Origin: Blasia pusilla
Taxonomy: Eukaryota
DNA: 64,000 nt
Reading direction: 5' to 3'
Assembly: GCA_050084515.1 (NCBI GenBank)
Contig: CM114271.1
Coordinates: 27,838,001 to 27,902,000, forward strand
Part shown: one piece after another, positions 1 through 13,656 of the stretch
Layout: each line of letters opens with the position of its first letter
Position numbering within the stretch: position 1 is the stretch's first letter
The notes under the pieces: generated by a model
Databases searched by the model: none
Seen by the model: only the letters and a program-made list of their open reading frames with translations
What the model was told of the DNA's origin: nothing
Program-made: the position numbers and the translations under genes

Positions 1-407
1 ATGTTACACAATTCACATTGATGTTCACATTTGCATAACAAACACCATCAATCTTCTTAGCGCACGAATAGATCCAAACACACATGAAAAGAAACTCATT
101 TAGGTGCACCAAGGCCACACAAAAAAATGACTAACATGGCCAACTCCACTCTCAAAATCCACATATCCATTTGGAGCTATGAGGGAATCTGAACTCTAGA
201 GCTTAAGCTCCCACAAAATCCCAAAAAGATGAGTGAAAACATGAGAAATAAGGTTTTTCGAAAACCTTCCAACCTCACCCGCCCATTCATGACAAATTAA
301 TGTCCAAAAAATTCTTGGAAGAAAGAATGAGCAAAGCACCGGCAAGGGCCTACAAGGTCCTTTCTACCACGTGATTTTCTCTAGTCTTCACACAACAATG
401 TAGAAAC

Positions 408-960
408 TTAGGGATCTAAATTATGGCGCAGTGAAGAACCTGTATGGATGATAAAAGCTTCTTGAAAGCAAGAGAACACTTCCCTATCATCCTCAAGAAG
501 TCCTAGTTGAATAGCAACTTCCTTGAACATTGGACTTAATACCCCTTGAACAATTCTTAAGCATTCGTATGTAGTTGCTCCTCGAACATGATGGACGAGC
601 AATCTCAACCAATGACGTTCTCCTTCACTTATGAAAAAGTTAAATAAATTAGCCCACATTCCAAAAAAAATACATCGCTTTAGAGGATAATATATATTGC
701 AAATATACAAAGAACTTTTATTTGGATAAGTAAGGTATAAGCGGCCAATGGGATGGCCACAACCATTTACATTCTGTACCCTACGAATCCATTTCTTGTT
801 GCTCCAACGATAATATGGAGGAAAATCTAAATATAGATTTTGTCGAGCATTAGAATCAGATAGATTGGTTACAAACCATTATGTCAAATTTGTCTTTCTT
901 TTTTGTTGCAGAATATCTTCTGGAGCCTCAGTATCATTCAAGTAGACTATTTGTTGCTCT
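408..960 (-). pseudogene. Helitron Rep/helicase coding fragment (degenerate)
   Basis: ORF 408-710 reads EGERHWLRLLVHHVRGATTYECLRIVQG...FKEVAIQLGLLEDDRE, matching the Helitron motif GERYYLRLLL.HVRGATSFE.LRTV.G....F.EA...LGLL.DD.E. The upstream broken frame gives YRWSNKKWIRR...HPIGRLY. Confidence 0.8.
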
Positions 961-1035
961 GGAAGATCCAAGAGGAACCCATAGGGCCATGGGACTTAGT
1001 TTTGCAAAAATGACAAAAATTTGAAAGAAGCACTA

Positions 1036-1620
1036 GCAAGGGCCTAAGAGATCCTTTGTGTTAGGTTATTTTCTCTAGTCCACACACAACAATGTGACAA
1101 TTTAGCAATTTGAATCTGATTTTTCCTAGCCACGAATTCAGAGACTTTGAGAAATGGATGAGCAAAGAGATTTGGGAAGTCAAGTCTAATGTGATTGTGA
1201 AAGGTGCAATGGAAGAGGTAATGATGTTCATCATCAATGAGCCTCGAGTTGCAAAATCTACATAATTTTTCCTCCCTTTTCTTCGGTGATAATTTCAAGG
1301 TGAGTTGAGCCACATCTAAATCTCACTAATGTATGACATAACTTAGTGGGAATGGTGGCAAAGATATAAAAGGCTTGATGTATGGATCTGATAGTGTTCA
1401 TGAGGGTGTGGTAGCGCCTCATACTTTCTCCATTTTTTTGAGATATATACTGCCTAGTTTGGTTGGGAGGAACCATTGGGAGAAGCATAAATCCATAATG
1501 CATTGTCCACCACATACCAGATTCAGCCAATATCATCCCCTGGTATGAGGCCAAGGAAGACACAAGTATCTGAGTCATGTTCTCTACCCACGCTTTCAGT
1601 TATATGTGCAAAGGAATCTC
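1036..1620 (-). pseudogene. Non-LTR retrotransposon (LINE) ORF2 C-terminal remnant
   Basis: Frameshifted LVRFRCGSTHLEI...CRFCNSRLIDDEHHYLFHCTFHNHIR is a LINE-type C-terminal CCHC region. Its 3' end (gcaagggccta...ttttctctagt.cacacaacaatg) also occurs at about 342-400. Confidence 0.65.
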
Positions 1621-2626
1621 TTGTCGAGACCCCTCCTAGAACCATAAGGATTGCATCTCCATCATAACTTCTACCTCACGATCCTACAAAATCTCCATAT
1701 GAATCTATTGTGCACGATAGCCAAATTTTGGACTCTCGTGTTCTATCTTTGAGGCAGAGTTCGTAAGGTTACATTTAGCTAACCCCTTCAATACCATCAC
1801 ACAACGACTAAAATATCTGATACAATTACAAAAAATCATCCCTCCATACCAAAAACCAATTATAATGATATATTTCGCAACCCTCCTCTCTCAGATTATC
1901 ACACTGGTCTGCTTCAATTTGGCAATAACAATCCCACTTATGAGCCCAACCAACCATCCACTCAACCTTTCCACACACCTTTTTGCCACACCACAAAATC
2001 ACTTCACCAACAAGCCCATACCATCCCATCATATACTGAACACCCTTTGGAAAGTAACCATCGTCAAAATTGGATAGGTGATAGGTTGACGGATTATCAT
2101 GTTCTAGACCTGAACCACTTATCATACTTGCATAGTCTAGGGGATTCCCAGATTGTAGGTATTGAGCCGTGGATTGAAGCACCTTGCGCTACACTGCCGT
2201 CTCCATCCAGAGTGTCACATCTATTATGATAGATCGTCAAGATCTAGTAAGGAGATATTGGAGGACGGCCTCATGAGATCGAGGATGACTTGCTGAGGCT
2301 ACGAGTAACTTGAGAGAGCAAGTTTTCCCTTTGTTTTGGCTCGTGTAGAACCATATAGAGAAACTTACTATTTTAGATATATTTCCATATTGACTTTCCA
2401 TTTGAAAAGTGGTCAAGAGCCAAGAAGGTGATCTGCAAGCATAGGTTACCGTGGAGAGAGCTTGGGAGAGAGAAGGGGGTATATATATACCTCCAAGAGA
2501 GAGAGCTCGAGAGCTCATTCTCTTTTTGTTGGACCTCTTGGCTTGAGGCAGTGGAGCTATGATCCTCCTTGCCTTGTATGAGTAACCCACGCTTTTCATT
2601 AGGAGATTGGGTTTGGTTTGACATAT

Positions 2627-3029
<403 letters not shown>

Positions 3030-4685
3030 TATGTTCGGTGTCGCAATGTATGTTGTGTAGCGATGTATATGCGCCCGATAAGAGGAAGAGAGTGAATGCG
3101 AGGAGAGGAGGGATTTTTAGTTTTCTATTTCAGAAAGTTTAAGGAGTCAAGGAAAATTTTGATTATTTTTTCATGATTTTTTCCCTTGAAATTTGAAAAT
3201 GTAAAATTTTGATGATATTTTTAAAATATCATCTTTCTTGATAAAATTTAGGGGTTTAGGATTTATTAAAATAAATCATCCCAACTAATTCTTCTTAAGT
3301 TCTTATTTTCCTTGAAATTTGAAAATGAAAAATTTTGACCAATCTAAAAGCAGAAAATTTTCTTTTCAAAAGAAAATTTTTGAAATCAAAAAAATTTACA
3401 AAGTCTAGAAGGTGCCTATTTGCATTATTTATAGTGCATTTTTACCTATTTTCCTATGATCTTCTTTTGCATCTTTCTCTTGCTCTTTAGAAGATTTATT
3501 TTATTTCAATTTTCTGTCCCATCAAATTTGAATTCTCCTACAAATGCTCAAATTTTCAATTTGATTTTAATGATTTATTTAATCTTTTAAAAACGTGCAT
3601 GGCATGGCTCAAAGAGAGTGTTGTGGTTCAAAAGTTGCTGCGCAGATGCCGACAGAGTCGAGTTGAGCTTTGGAGTCTTCTTGTCAGTTGAATCAACTTT
3701 AAGGGCTAGGGTGTCACTGGTGAGGACGGAACGTGCGTTGCCTGGCTCTATTGAGTCTATTCGACTCTATTGTTAGGGCCTTTCCTGCCTTAGCAAAACG
3801 CACATGCGCCCATCCAGTGGAGGCACTACTTTTTCAACTTTGAAGGCTTAAAATCTGCGGATTCTCTGGGCCTCTCTCTGCAGTTCTCGCCTTCTCGGCG
3901 GCTCTGCCTCTCGCCTATCGAGGTTCTAGTCGCTCGGTCACTCGTTTCAGTCAGAGAGAGTCGCTTGGGAATTGGCATACTGCAAGTTTTAAAAGCAGCT
4001 TTTAGTACGCAGCAGAGCGAAAGTGCAAAGCAATCTCGTTTCGGATAAAGCCAACATGACCCGGTATGCGTTCACTTCTGTTTTCATCGAGAATTTGCGT
4101 AACTCTGGTTTCTACGCAAAGTGGTGCATTTGTCTTTATCGCTCAGGAATTAGAATCGTGATTATAGCAACGATTTCCCTTCCGCCTTCCCTTTTCGTTC
4201 GCTACTTCGTATGGTAGCCGCATGAGTGACTCAGTGAGGATGCAGATCAAGTTGTAAAATTATATGTACAAGAACTGATTTTTTCCTAATTTCATCTAGT
4301 AAAATAAGTAAAAGGAAAATTTGCACTATATCAAGGAATACCTCCCTAAGGCGACGCCTCTAGTTTGACACGTGGTGTCAGACACTCTCGACATCACCAT
4401 CTGAATAGGCGGAGTGGTTGGGTAACTGGGGTTTCAGTTCTGCTTTGACCCGCCACAGACGAAGAGGTGAAAAGCGTCGCTGCTCTCGGGAGGAAACTGG
4501 TTCGCGCACATGGACAGGATGTGAGTTCCAGGTGGTCAGGAGGTAGTTATGGATCAAATCAATCGGCATTTTGTTTTGGGAAAATGTTTCAAATGCGCGG
4601 TTCCAGCGCAAACAGATGCGCGCCACTAGTTTCCATTGCTGATCGACCCTGGATTCAGAGCAAGAACGACATTCAAACTCTCAGA

Positions 4686-5056
4686 GTCTAGTGAGGGCTA
4701 CGGGAAAATATGATTTTCAGGGTGCCACTGAGGGCTACGGGAAAAGCGTGTGTGAGTCCATGGAGAACTCCAAGTCTTACAATACTCGAACTCTCGTGTC
4801 CCAAAACACGGTGTGGTCACGGCGCGGGAAGGCCAACAGATGGTCTTGTGTGAGACCACACCCATCAAAAGTCTGGTGAGGGCTACGGGAAAATATGATT
4901 TCAGCGTGCCACTGAGGGGCTACGTGAAAAGGGTGTGCGAGTCCATGGAGAACTCCAAGTCTTACAAGACTAGAACTCTCGTGTCCCAAAACAAGTTGTG
5001 GTCACGGCGCACGAAGGCCAACAGATGGTCTTGTGTGAAACCACACCCACCAAAGT
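4686..5056. repeat. Tandem duplication, ~185-bp unit x2
   Basis: gtgagggctacgggaaaatatgattt...gagtccatggagaactccaagtcttacaa...ggccaacagatggtcttgtgtga starts at both 4691 and 4876. Confidence 0.9.
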
Positions 5057-5955
5057 TTCGGTCTGTTTCGAGCAGAAACCAATCGATCAGCTTGATTAAT
5101 ACGAATAACACTCCAAAGTGTGCAATAAACAATTATCGTTCAAAGACTAATTTCCGAATTCCTAATAATTTCAACGCATGCTATCAGAGCTCGAGTGCGT
5201 AGTCAGACTCCCCCCTAAGCATATGGACGTACAAAAACTCGATTTAGTATAAATGGAGTTTTTGAAGTAAATCCTTCACTCTCCCTTTATTGACGGGTCA
5301 TGGAACCAACAAAGTTTCTTTCCGCATATACATTTTGTAGAACACTCTCTTAGCTATCTTTTGTATTGAGTGAGGTTGGTCTTCAGGTCCTACACTAGAA
5401 ACACGTCCCCACAGTTTTTGCTATCCGTGCCCCTCAAATTAAACAATGAACTGAGGGACAGGTACGTGTACACCTTAGGTTTCCAGCATAAAGCCAGAGG
5501 AATTGTCTTTATCATGTTAAAACAACCACTAAACGTAGGGGCACTAGAATGTACATAGAGCATTCGTATGCAGATATCCAGTACTGTACTATAATCCTCC
5601 TGGTAAGATTTCTATCTGACTTTGAAAGTAGCGTTGTGGAGCTTCTGCTCTGCTGAACTATGCGATGAATTAACCTTGGACTTGAAAACTTGCCCGCTAG
5701 GTAGTGTTACTCCAAAGGCCGAGCCGGGTAATTGGCCTGTGGTGCGCTTTACAGCAGATGCTCAGTAATGAATAAAAGAATGCATTATTAAAGAATGTAC
5801 ACTGATTGAATTGGCGTAGTGAGTCTGGACAAGATTTGAATGCTCAAGACTACTCACATTGCGCCGTAAATTTTGTATACAGCCAACTTGTGGGGGACCC
5901 CAGAATTGGTACCAAGAGTTGGACTACCTGATCGTAATCTTCTACTCGTGGTGAT

Positions 5956-8900
5956 TTACCTGTAAAAGAACTTCCAAATTTCTCTTACATTTGATGAACC
6001 GTCTGCAAAATCCGTCACGAGATGGGCCCCGAAAATCCCTGTAAAAGACAAGACACATCAGGACTCATAGAGCTACAAAAGTGATGAATAGACAGCTGAA
6101 TTCAGTGGAGGATATCTGCTGCTCAGAAAAACAAAAGAGCAGGCATCAACACCAAAAGAAGCCATACCATCCTCTTCAACCACATATTTAAATTGTCGAG
6201 TTCCACCACCTACGCCGAAATAATGCTTCTTCCCAGCCACATAAAGAACTCCATAAGGTGGTTTGAGGCACTGTAAAAGAGAGGAGACAGCATTTGAGTG
6301 AAAAAGATTAGGCAACTACTTAGGTGATGCATGTAGATGCCATTTCCAAAACGTCCCGATTGAGCTTATGGCGAAATCCACTCAAAATGACAAACGGATT
6401 ATTAGTCTCTTACTTCACCTTATATTTTGAAGATTATGAACACCTCTACTTCGTGCCACTAAATTGAGCAAAGATTAGAAATATCTGCATCTTCTAGCCT
6501 ACAACAGAGCTTTGAAGACATCACGAACATAAGCCAGAAGACGCCACTCAGAAGCTGCAACAGAAGGAGGAGGTGGGACAAACCTTCTTGATAAGTTCAT
6601 AAAGCTTTGGGAGTGACAATAAGGAGTATACAGTCTCGGACATCATAATGATATCATACCCGCCTTCCAGTGCTGCATCATCACTTCCTTGCTCACAGGC
6701 CCGACTACTCCTCCGAGACAACTTTCGTGATGCTTGATGGGCTATGGAGGATCCTAATTTGTATGAGGCCACAGCATCGCGGTTTTCCTGGCTACTCTCT
6801 TTCTCTACAGTAAACTCCACAGTACCACCACTAGTAACTTGTGAGAGATCCTCTTCACTGCTACAGTCACTGTTGTCAATTGCATTTGCAACTGACAGCA
6901 ACTCATAAACATCTCCCCAGTCACCAGCATAGTAATGAACATCAGGAGCTAACTGCCCTGAGTTGACTTTTGATAAAACTTCCCCGCTTAACTTAATTCG
7001 AGTTTGGTCCTGCTGAAGATTTGCTATCACATTTGGTATTGTGAGATGTCTCAAAACCTCGGCGTTAAAGTCCTGGAAATGCACCGTTGTTGCACCCTAC
7101 ATTCAAACAGCATGTGTGCACACAATGAGCCAAACACATCACATAAACTTGATGCTTGAGAATCTCACATCAGTCTTTACAGGCAAAACTGATGCCAAAT
7201 AAAAAAATAACGTTGAGCAACAGCTGTCCAGTAAGGTAGGCTACAAGTTTTACTGGAATTTCTTCCTGATGGGTTGCTCCACGTGGCCAGATTTCTCACC
7301 TTCAGACAAGCGAGAATACCTGGCAAACCATGCCCACATCCTAGCTGTTCACATAGGAAACACTTTGCATTAGATCAACATGTTATCACATTAAGAGGAA
7401 ATTCACTGTTTGCCTCTTTTGCTAGAAAGGGATATCCATTAAAATAAGACAACAAGGCACCACATACCTCCAGCACTCGCTTCCCTCGAAACGACAGCTG
7501 ACCGTCCTTGATTTCACGGCGTAGAGTATTTATTAAATCAATAGTACACTCCCAAAGTTTCAGTCCTCCTGAAAGCAACAAAATTACAATACGTTTCAAT
7601 CTCAAAGTAAAACTCCTCCTCGATGTGCGGTGCAGGTCCAGCAGTCCGGTGCGGCACGGGCGGCACAGAACGGCCACAAACGGCAATCCATTACCTGGAT
7701 GTGTCTGCCTAATCCAGCTTAGACACTATTCAAAATTATTAATCATACAAAAGAAATGAAATTCTAGCTTCTCTACCAGTACTTCAAAAACTCCTCTTTG
7801 CCGAAGAACATCAGAACATCCTAACCTTCTCTTGAAATTTAAGAGTTGGATCACGTTCCAAATACCTTCATACTTTCCAGGCACAAGATCAGTCTTGGCA
7901 CCACCGAATATATCTGCAGTATTCACACGACCCTACCATGAAAAGAGGAAATGAGTGAGTTGAGAAAGACATCCAAGCATAAGAATCTACAAAGTACTAG
8001 ATACCCGTGTGAACTAGCTTCAAGACTACCGTTTTGTTCAACCTAGCTTCGGCCACTCAAAGATCCCATCCTGTGAGCCGTAACAGAAGAATAATACAGT
8101 ACGTTCTTCCTTGAGTATACCATAGGACAGTTTCCACAGTTCTTCAAAATTCACTTCCCTACAAAACAGCTAAGTAAGCCGTGCATTCACAGGTGCGTTT
8201 AAAACTGACTCTAATTACTGGGGCTCGATAAGAAAATACTCCAAGAGCTAAGAGCAAGATTTCTTACTTTGAGCAATGTGAATCCTCCCGGGAAAACAAC
8301 AGAATCTGTAGTGAAGGGCTTGAACACGTCGATCTGGTAGCAATCCACACTCCAAGAGTTAGTTTTTATTCAAGACCCTCAGGTTCGGAGTTTGTAGACA
8401 CACGTCGGTTTAACTTCCTAATGATCAAGGCAGTCTTGTTGACGGTGTGACCACATTAGATGTTTGATGACTCTATCCCAGCCTGCAGATAATCTCACTC
8501 GCTCGACTCCCTCAGCTCTGCTTCCGATTTGTGCTGGTAATCAACGAAAGTCCACAATCTCGACCGTGACGCACATCGTGTCACACACCCCTTCTTGAAA
8601 GCATCTTCTGGGGGAATCTTTATCCTTATGTATGGTTACAGCACCAGAGTACCTAGTATGCTACCACGCCTTTCACCGATGGCTTTCATGTGTGGGAATA
8701 TGGTGCAAGCGCTTTCGCGGCAGGTCTTTCTAGCTGCAGCACAGAACGCTGAGGCGGTGTGAGAGCAACCACTGAATCCACGGTGAGGCATGCATTTACA
8801 CATGGCGGTGAAGCTAAACTCACCTCACTAGCAAAGACTTCTTGCGGGGGAGGCGCTGGAGGCAGAGCACCATCTTCTTCATCGTATCCGAGTAGAGAGT

Positions 8901-8976
8901 TATGCTTATCGAAATTCTGAAGCAAACACTGGGGGGTCAAGCCAGGAAGGCATGCAAAAACTGAGGGGGCCCTCAT
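5956..8976 (-). CDS. METTL18: Histidine protein methyltransferase 1 homolog (METTL18/HPM1 family), 8 coding exons, ~376 aa
   Basis: Exons 8824-8976, 8268-8333, 7866-7932, 7468-7568, 7300-7344, 6584-7096, 6168-6270 and 5956-6038 all have GT-AG introns and join in frame (1131 nt). Family motifs: DLVPGKYEGGLKLWEC, VLELGCGHGLPG (SAM binding), VHFQDFNAEVL, YDIIMMSETVY, KKHYFGVGGG. Confidence 0.93.
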
Positions 8977-10533
8977 TCCCTCTGAACTGTGCGTGAGGAA
9001 TCCGCAACTACTCCTATGTTCTTACGCTAAATGCATAATACTCCCGACCGACCGGATGGGACTCGACGTACTATCGTCACGCGGCACTCTCAACAAGAAT
9101 GATGGTTCACGCAAGTTCCACTTGGGGAGAGGATGCAAGACTGCATGCAAAAATGGACCAGAGTTTTATGTTTCTTTAACTACTTGTTCGGCGATCTAAA
9201 AAGGAGGAGGAGGAGGAGGTAAATGATGTCAGGTTGAACAGGCATGCACAACCATAGAGAGGATTCAAGTCGAAATAAGCGAGGTGATCATGATCCTCAA
9301 TTGAGGAATCCTCAATAGACACTCTAGGACAGAAGCTCTTGTCGGCACTCGATAGCATAGACACCAGTCATTGACAGATGTTATCTATGAATCGGCTTCG
9401 AGCGTGAACTAATGAACCTTTATAGTGGTGCGGAACGCCTACAAATAACACAGCGCACACAGTGCACCTTTCTCATGATTACTTCCACGACTCTCCCTCT
9501 CCCTCTCTCTGACTATCTCTCTCCAATTGGTGGAGGAATGTGAATAATTTTAACCGTTGCTAGAAAGCAGACTAGGTACATTGAGAAGGCAAGCAGGAGT
9601 TGGGAAAAAGGGTTACGAGGAAATCTTGTGCTCCTGACCACTGACGACGAGAACCAGCGATCGCTAGCTTTACGAAGCAAGGAATGGGCACGGGGATCAC
9701 ATCACTTGCGAATACACTAAGGGATCCGGATCCAAGCGTCAAACAATGCCACACCTTCTGTTCAGAAGCACCGAAGTTGAAGCGGAACACGGGCACGCTC
9801 TCGTCCATGTTTCTTTCCCTATTTTCCCCCTTTTTCCCCATTTTTGCCCTTCTTTGTGTTGACGTCTGGGCGAAGATTCCTGCACCCGACCCTGCTCCTC
9901 CCCTTCCACACAGCGCGGCTGTCTGCTGCCGTTCCCTGTCCTCGCCTTCGTCACCCCTTACCCGCGGATGTCCTCCCTGCCCCGTCCACATCGTCATGAT
10001 GCCCGGCCACCCGCCCGGCGAGACGGCCGCTGGGTCAGTTAGACTGGACGGACCACCGCCGAGACAAGTATGCCGTCGCTGCGCCCAGCGCGTCCACGTG
10101 GCCCCGCCTAGATGGCAGGGCACCGTTAGCCTAAAGAACGGGTCGTTGATTTCTTTCGCACTGCGTTCGCCGAGTGGAACATTTCGTCATCATTTTGTTC
10201 CTGGAACGACCTTTCCGTCGCCGCTGCCTCTCCGGCCTGCTGTTTCGGCGCCTCTCATTCGCCCGTACGCCTGGGGCCCCCCGTCTACCTTCCCGGAGCC
10301 CAGTCATCCATCCATCCATCCTTCCCCGTTTCGCTGTCCGACGATGGGCGGTCTTCTCCAAGTCCTCCTGCCACGAGTACCCATGACCGTCCCGGCTTCC
10401 GCATCTCACGGAATATTCTCCGCACCGTCGTGTCAATTATGGGACGATGGGCCGATGACCGCGATGGCGCTCCATCTACCTCGCTCTCTTACCGTGCCTC
10501 CACACCGGTCCTCCTGGACGCGCAAGCAAATCA

Positions 10534-11068
10534 CCCCATTTGATCGAAGACTACGCCGCCGACACCACGAATCGGGATTATATTATAAATAGTTATTTTC
10601 TTAATTATTATTCATTTTCTCCATATTTATAACACAAAGAGGTCTGTTCTTTTAAATCTTAACGCAAATCTATATAACTAGTTAGGCTAACCTAACAAGG
10701 CATGAATTTTTATTCAAAATTTGGTTAAAATAATTCATATTATTATTAGAAAAAGATTTTTTGATTTGCGAATACCTTTATGTTTGACACGTGGCATCAA
10801 AAACATGTTTCACACATTATGGACAAAAAAAAAAATTTGTATATAGCATCATTAGCTAAACTCTTCAAAGATTTTATTTTTTTTTCCTTGCATCACAGGG
10901 GCATCTCACTAGTCCCATTTAATCGAAGACTACGCTGCTGGCACCATAAATCGAGACTATATTGTACATATTTATTTTCTTTATCCGTATTCATTTTCTT
11001 CATATTTATGAAAGAAAGAGGTGTGTTTTTCGATCTTCTCTCCATGAACACAAATCTATATTACTAGT
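10534..11068. repeat. ~150-bp direct repeat (about 10534-10682 and 10913-11068) flanking a short Helitron-like segment
   Basis: cccattt.atcgaagactacgc.gc.g.cacca..aatcg.ga.tatatt...aac.caaatctatat.actagt occurs twice. Confidence 0.75.
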
Positions 11069-11419
11069 AAGGCCCTAATCACCGTGAGAGGCATGGATTT
11101 TTATTTAAAGTTTCAATGTCCCACTTAAGTTGGTAAAAATATTTTTGATAAAAAATCATAGTAATAATAAATTCATCTTTCAAGATATTCAATAAAATAA
11201 TGAGATAATAAGATAAAATAGTAGCATGTTTCACTTTTGTCATATTAGATGAATAGAGAGAGAATTTTGTTGAGTAGAAGATATGAATTACATTAGATGG
11301 TACGGAGAATGCATTTCAATAGAAGAGGAAAATAAATGTATTAATTAATGTATGATCCTAAGTGTATAATAAGAACAAATAATCTGATAATTAAAATAGT
11401 ACAAATTTTACAACCTTTT

Positions 11420-11977
11420 CCTTTAATTCATATTTGAAGGGAAGGGCAAATGAATTTTAAAGGAGAAATAGTAGATCTTTGTTTACATTTTATGGAAGCG
11501 TAAAATTATTTAGGATATTGGGATATCATTTAAATTTTAATTGAGGAGTGGAATCACTTAAAAAAGTGGCATATTATTATTCTTCTAAGATTTAAGAAAA
11601 TAGATATCATATTTAAACTTTGAAATGAAAAATGTTACTATTTTTTTAAATAGTCCTCTTAATTCACATTTCATACTTTGTGAAAGGAAAATGAATTTGA
11701 ATGGAAAAGGGGAATTATTTTGTTAATGAATATTAACTAATAATTTAGTTAGTGGATTCTATTTTGGTGGGAAGAATCAGAGGGGAAGATTAGGTATTGT
11801 TCAAACTTTTATTGAGGAATGAAATTATTTAGGATAGTTAGGTACTATTTAAAAGTGAATTATTGTTCTTCTTTTAAGATTTTCAAAAGTGCAAATTATA
11901 CTTAAATTTTGCAATGAAAAATATTTATAATTATTAGAAAATTAATTTTCATGCGCAAGCACAAGCATGCTAACTAG
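11420..11977 (+). mobile_element. AT-rich dispersed repeat, probable non-autonomous Helitron (other copies at about 21.6-23.1, 32.5-33.1, 46.3-46.6 reversed and 47.3-47.9 kb)
   Basis: Copies share blocks such as ggaaaggaaaat.aatttt.atgg and ttttggtgggaaga. Several end in a GC-rich stretch followed by CTAGT (11973-11977; ccgtgcttcgcac...ctagt at 47854-47880). Confidence 0.55.
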
Positions 11978-13592
11978 TAAGAATAAAAACATATGAAATA
12001 TACAAGATCTTCTTCGTATTAGTATCGGCCAGGATTAGAACAACTTCAAATGTATTGGTTTTCGCGAAAAAGAAACTACCAAAAATTTCCAATTTGGACT
12101 GTTGGGAATAACATTATTATTCAAAGTGTCTTTTTATTTTGCAAACTCTTCTCCTCTTGATACTTGGAATTTTTAGCCAATGGGATTGTTCGCCTTTTAA
12201 ATCAATAGGTTTGTTCAAAATGGTTTAAAATAGCACTTGAGGATTTTGACAATTGATTATGCAAGGTAATTTAAAGTCATACATTACATGGGCTTACTCT
12301 AGTTGACATAGTGGGAGGATTGAGGTTTCTAATGTTCACCCGCTAAAAAATGTATATTTATATAAATTTCTCATTTTTTAGTGTGGAAAAAATATCTACG
12401 ACTCATTAGACAGAATTATGGTAGCACGAGCAAGACAATCGTATTCTTATACTAGTCGGTGCATGTGCCACGTACGGTTTAAAGCATAGTCCTCCTTCTC
12501 CTTGCACACTTTCTCTATGCTACTTAAATAGAACAAAATTATTACACGAGACAAGTGTTACAACTGAAGGCCACCCAAAAGGACGGGTGCCAAATAGGGA
12601 GATTTGTTGTTGAGATCCTTATTACTAATAATCATACAGATAGAAGGTCATATGTGATTTTTTTAAAATGATAATTGAAGTGGTTGAGAATTCGATTCAT
12701 CCTACCATGTGTTTAATTTTCTAATAACAAGTAAAATGCTTCTAATATGTGCGTTCTAGAAAACATTCCCTCTTGAAAAATATCTTTACCTTCTTTTCTT
12801 GCATAATTATTATAGAATTTCACCACCTTGAACCTCTCTTTAATTTTAAGTTTTCGCACCCTGCTCATGATATCTAAAAGCTATCTTAGCCCCCTCATCC
12901 ATATTTCATTAATTTTTGTCCAACCTTACCTAAAGACAATTATGGTTTAATTTGAGTCTTAGTTCTAGTATGTTTTGAGGATATGGTACTTTTTTTTCAA
13001 TAGTATAAATGTTTTCTTCCTTTCTTGAATAATATTTCCAATATTTATATTTCCATTTCAAACAAATTAATAATATATATTATGTCCTTCTCCCCTTTAA
13101 CCATGAAGATTAAAATTATCCTAGGCCTCTATGATTTTTTTTAATATAAGTATACGCATTATTTCAAGTGAGAGCTTATCAACAACAAACAATGCAAGTG
13201 AAGGTTGTGTAAAAAATCCTTATCCCTAAACATAGCAATTGCAAATAGGGGTGAACCTTTGATGTAGAATGAAGAGACTCTATAATTTATTGATTAATTA
13301 TAATTCAATCATGCTTAATTTTAACCTATCACCAATGCACAAAAAATCAAGAACATGCATGAGTTTTAAGTTATGACCACAAAACATCCAAAATGTAAAC
13401 CTTTTGGAACGACTTTCCAATGCAATAATTTTATAGGTAGGGATCATCGTGAGAAAAGGAAAGGAAAGGAAAGGATAAAAGATTAAAAAATACAAGATCA
13501 AGAACACAAGAAAGTTTAGCAGAGCATCGTATATATTTGACATCTATAAGAAGAAAGAATATGTGGGAAAGGGAGTATGCATTGATTGATTG

Positions 13593-13595
<3 letters not shown>

Positions 13596-13653
<58 letters not shown>
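13596..13653. repeat. (GA)n microsatellite
   Basis: About 29 GA units seen directly. Confidence 0.95.

Positions 13654-13656
<3 letters not shown>

Noticed and set aside
9572-10592. 302-aa and 183-aa Pro/Gly-rich ORFs
   Set aside because: GC-rich region upstream of the METTL18-like gene with overlapping ORFs on both strands and no recognisable domain; likely chance ORFs.
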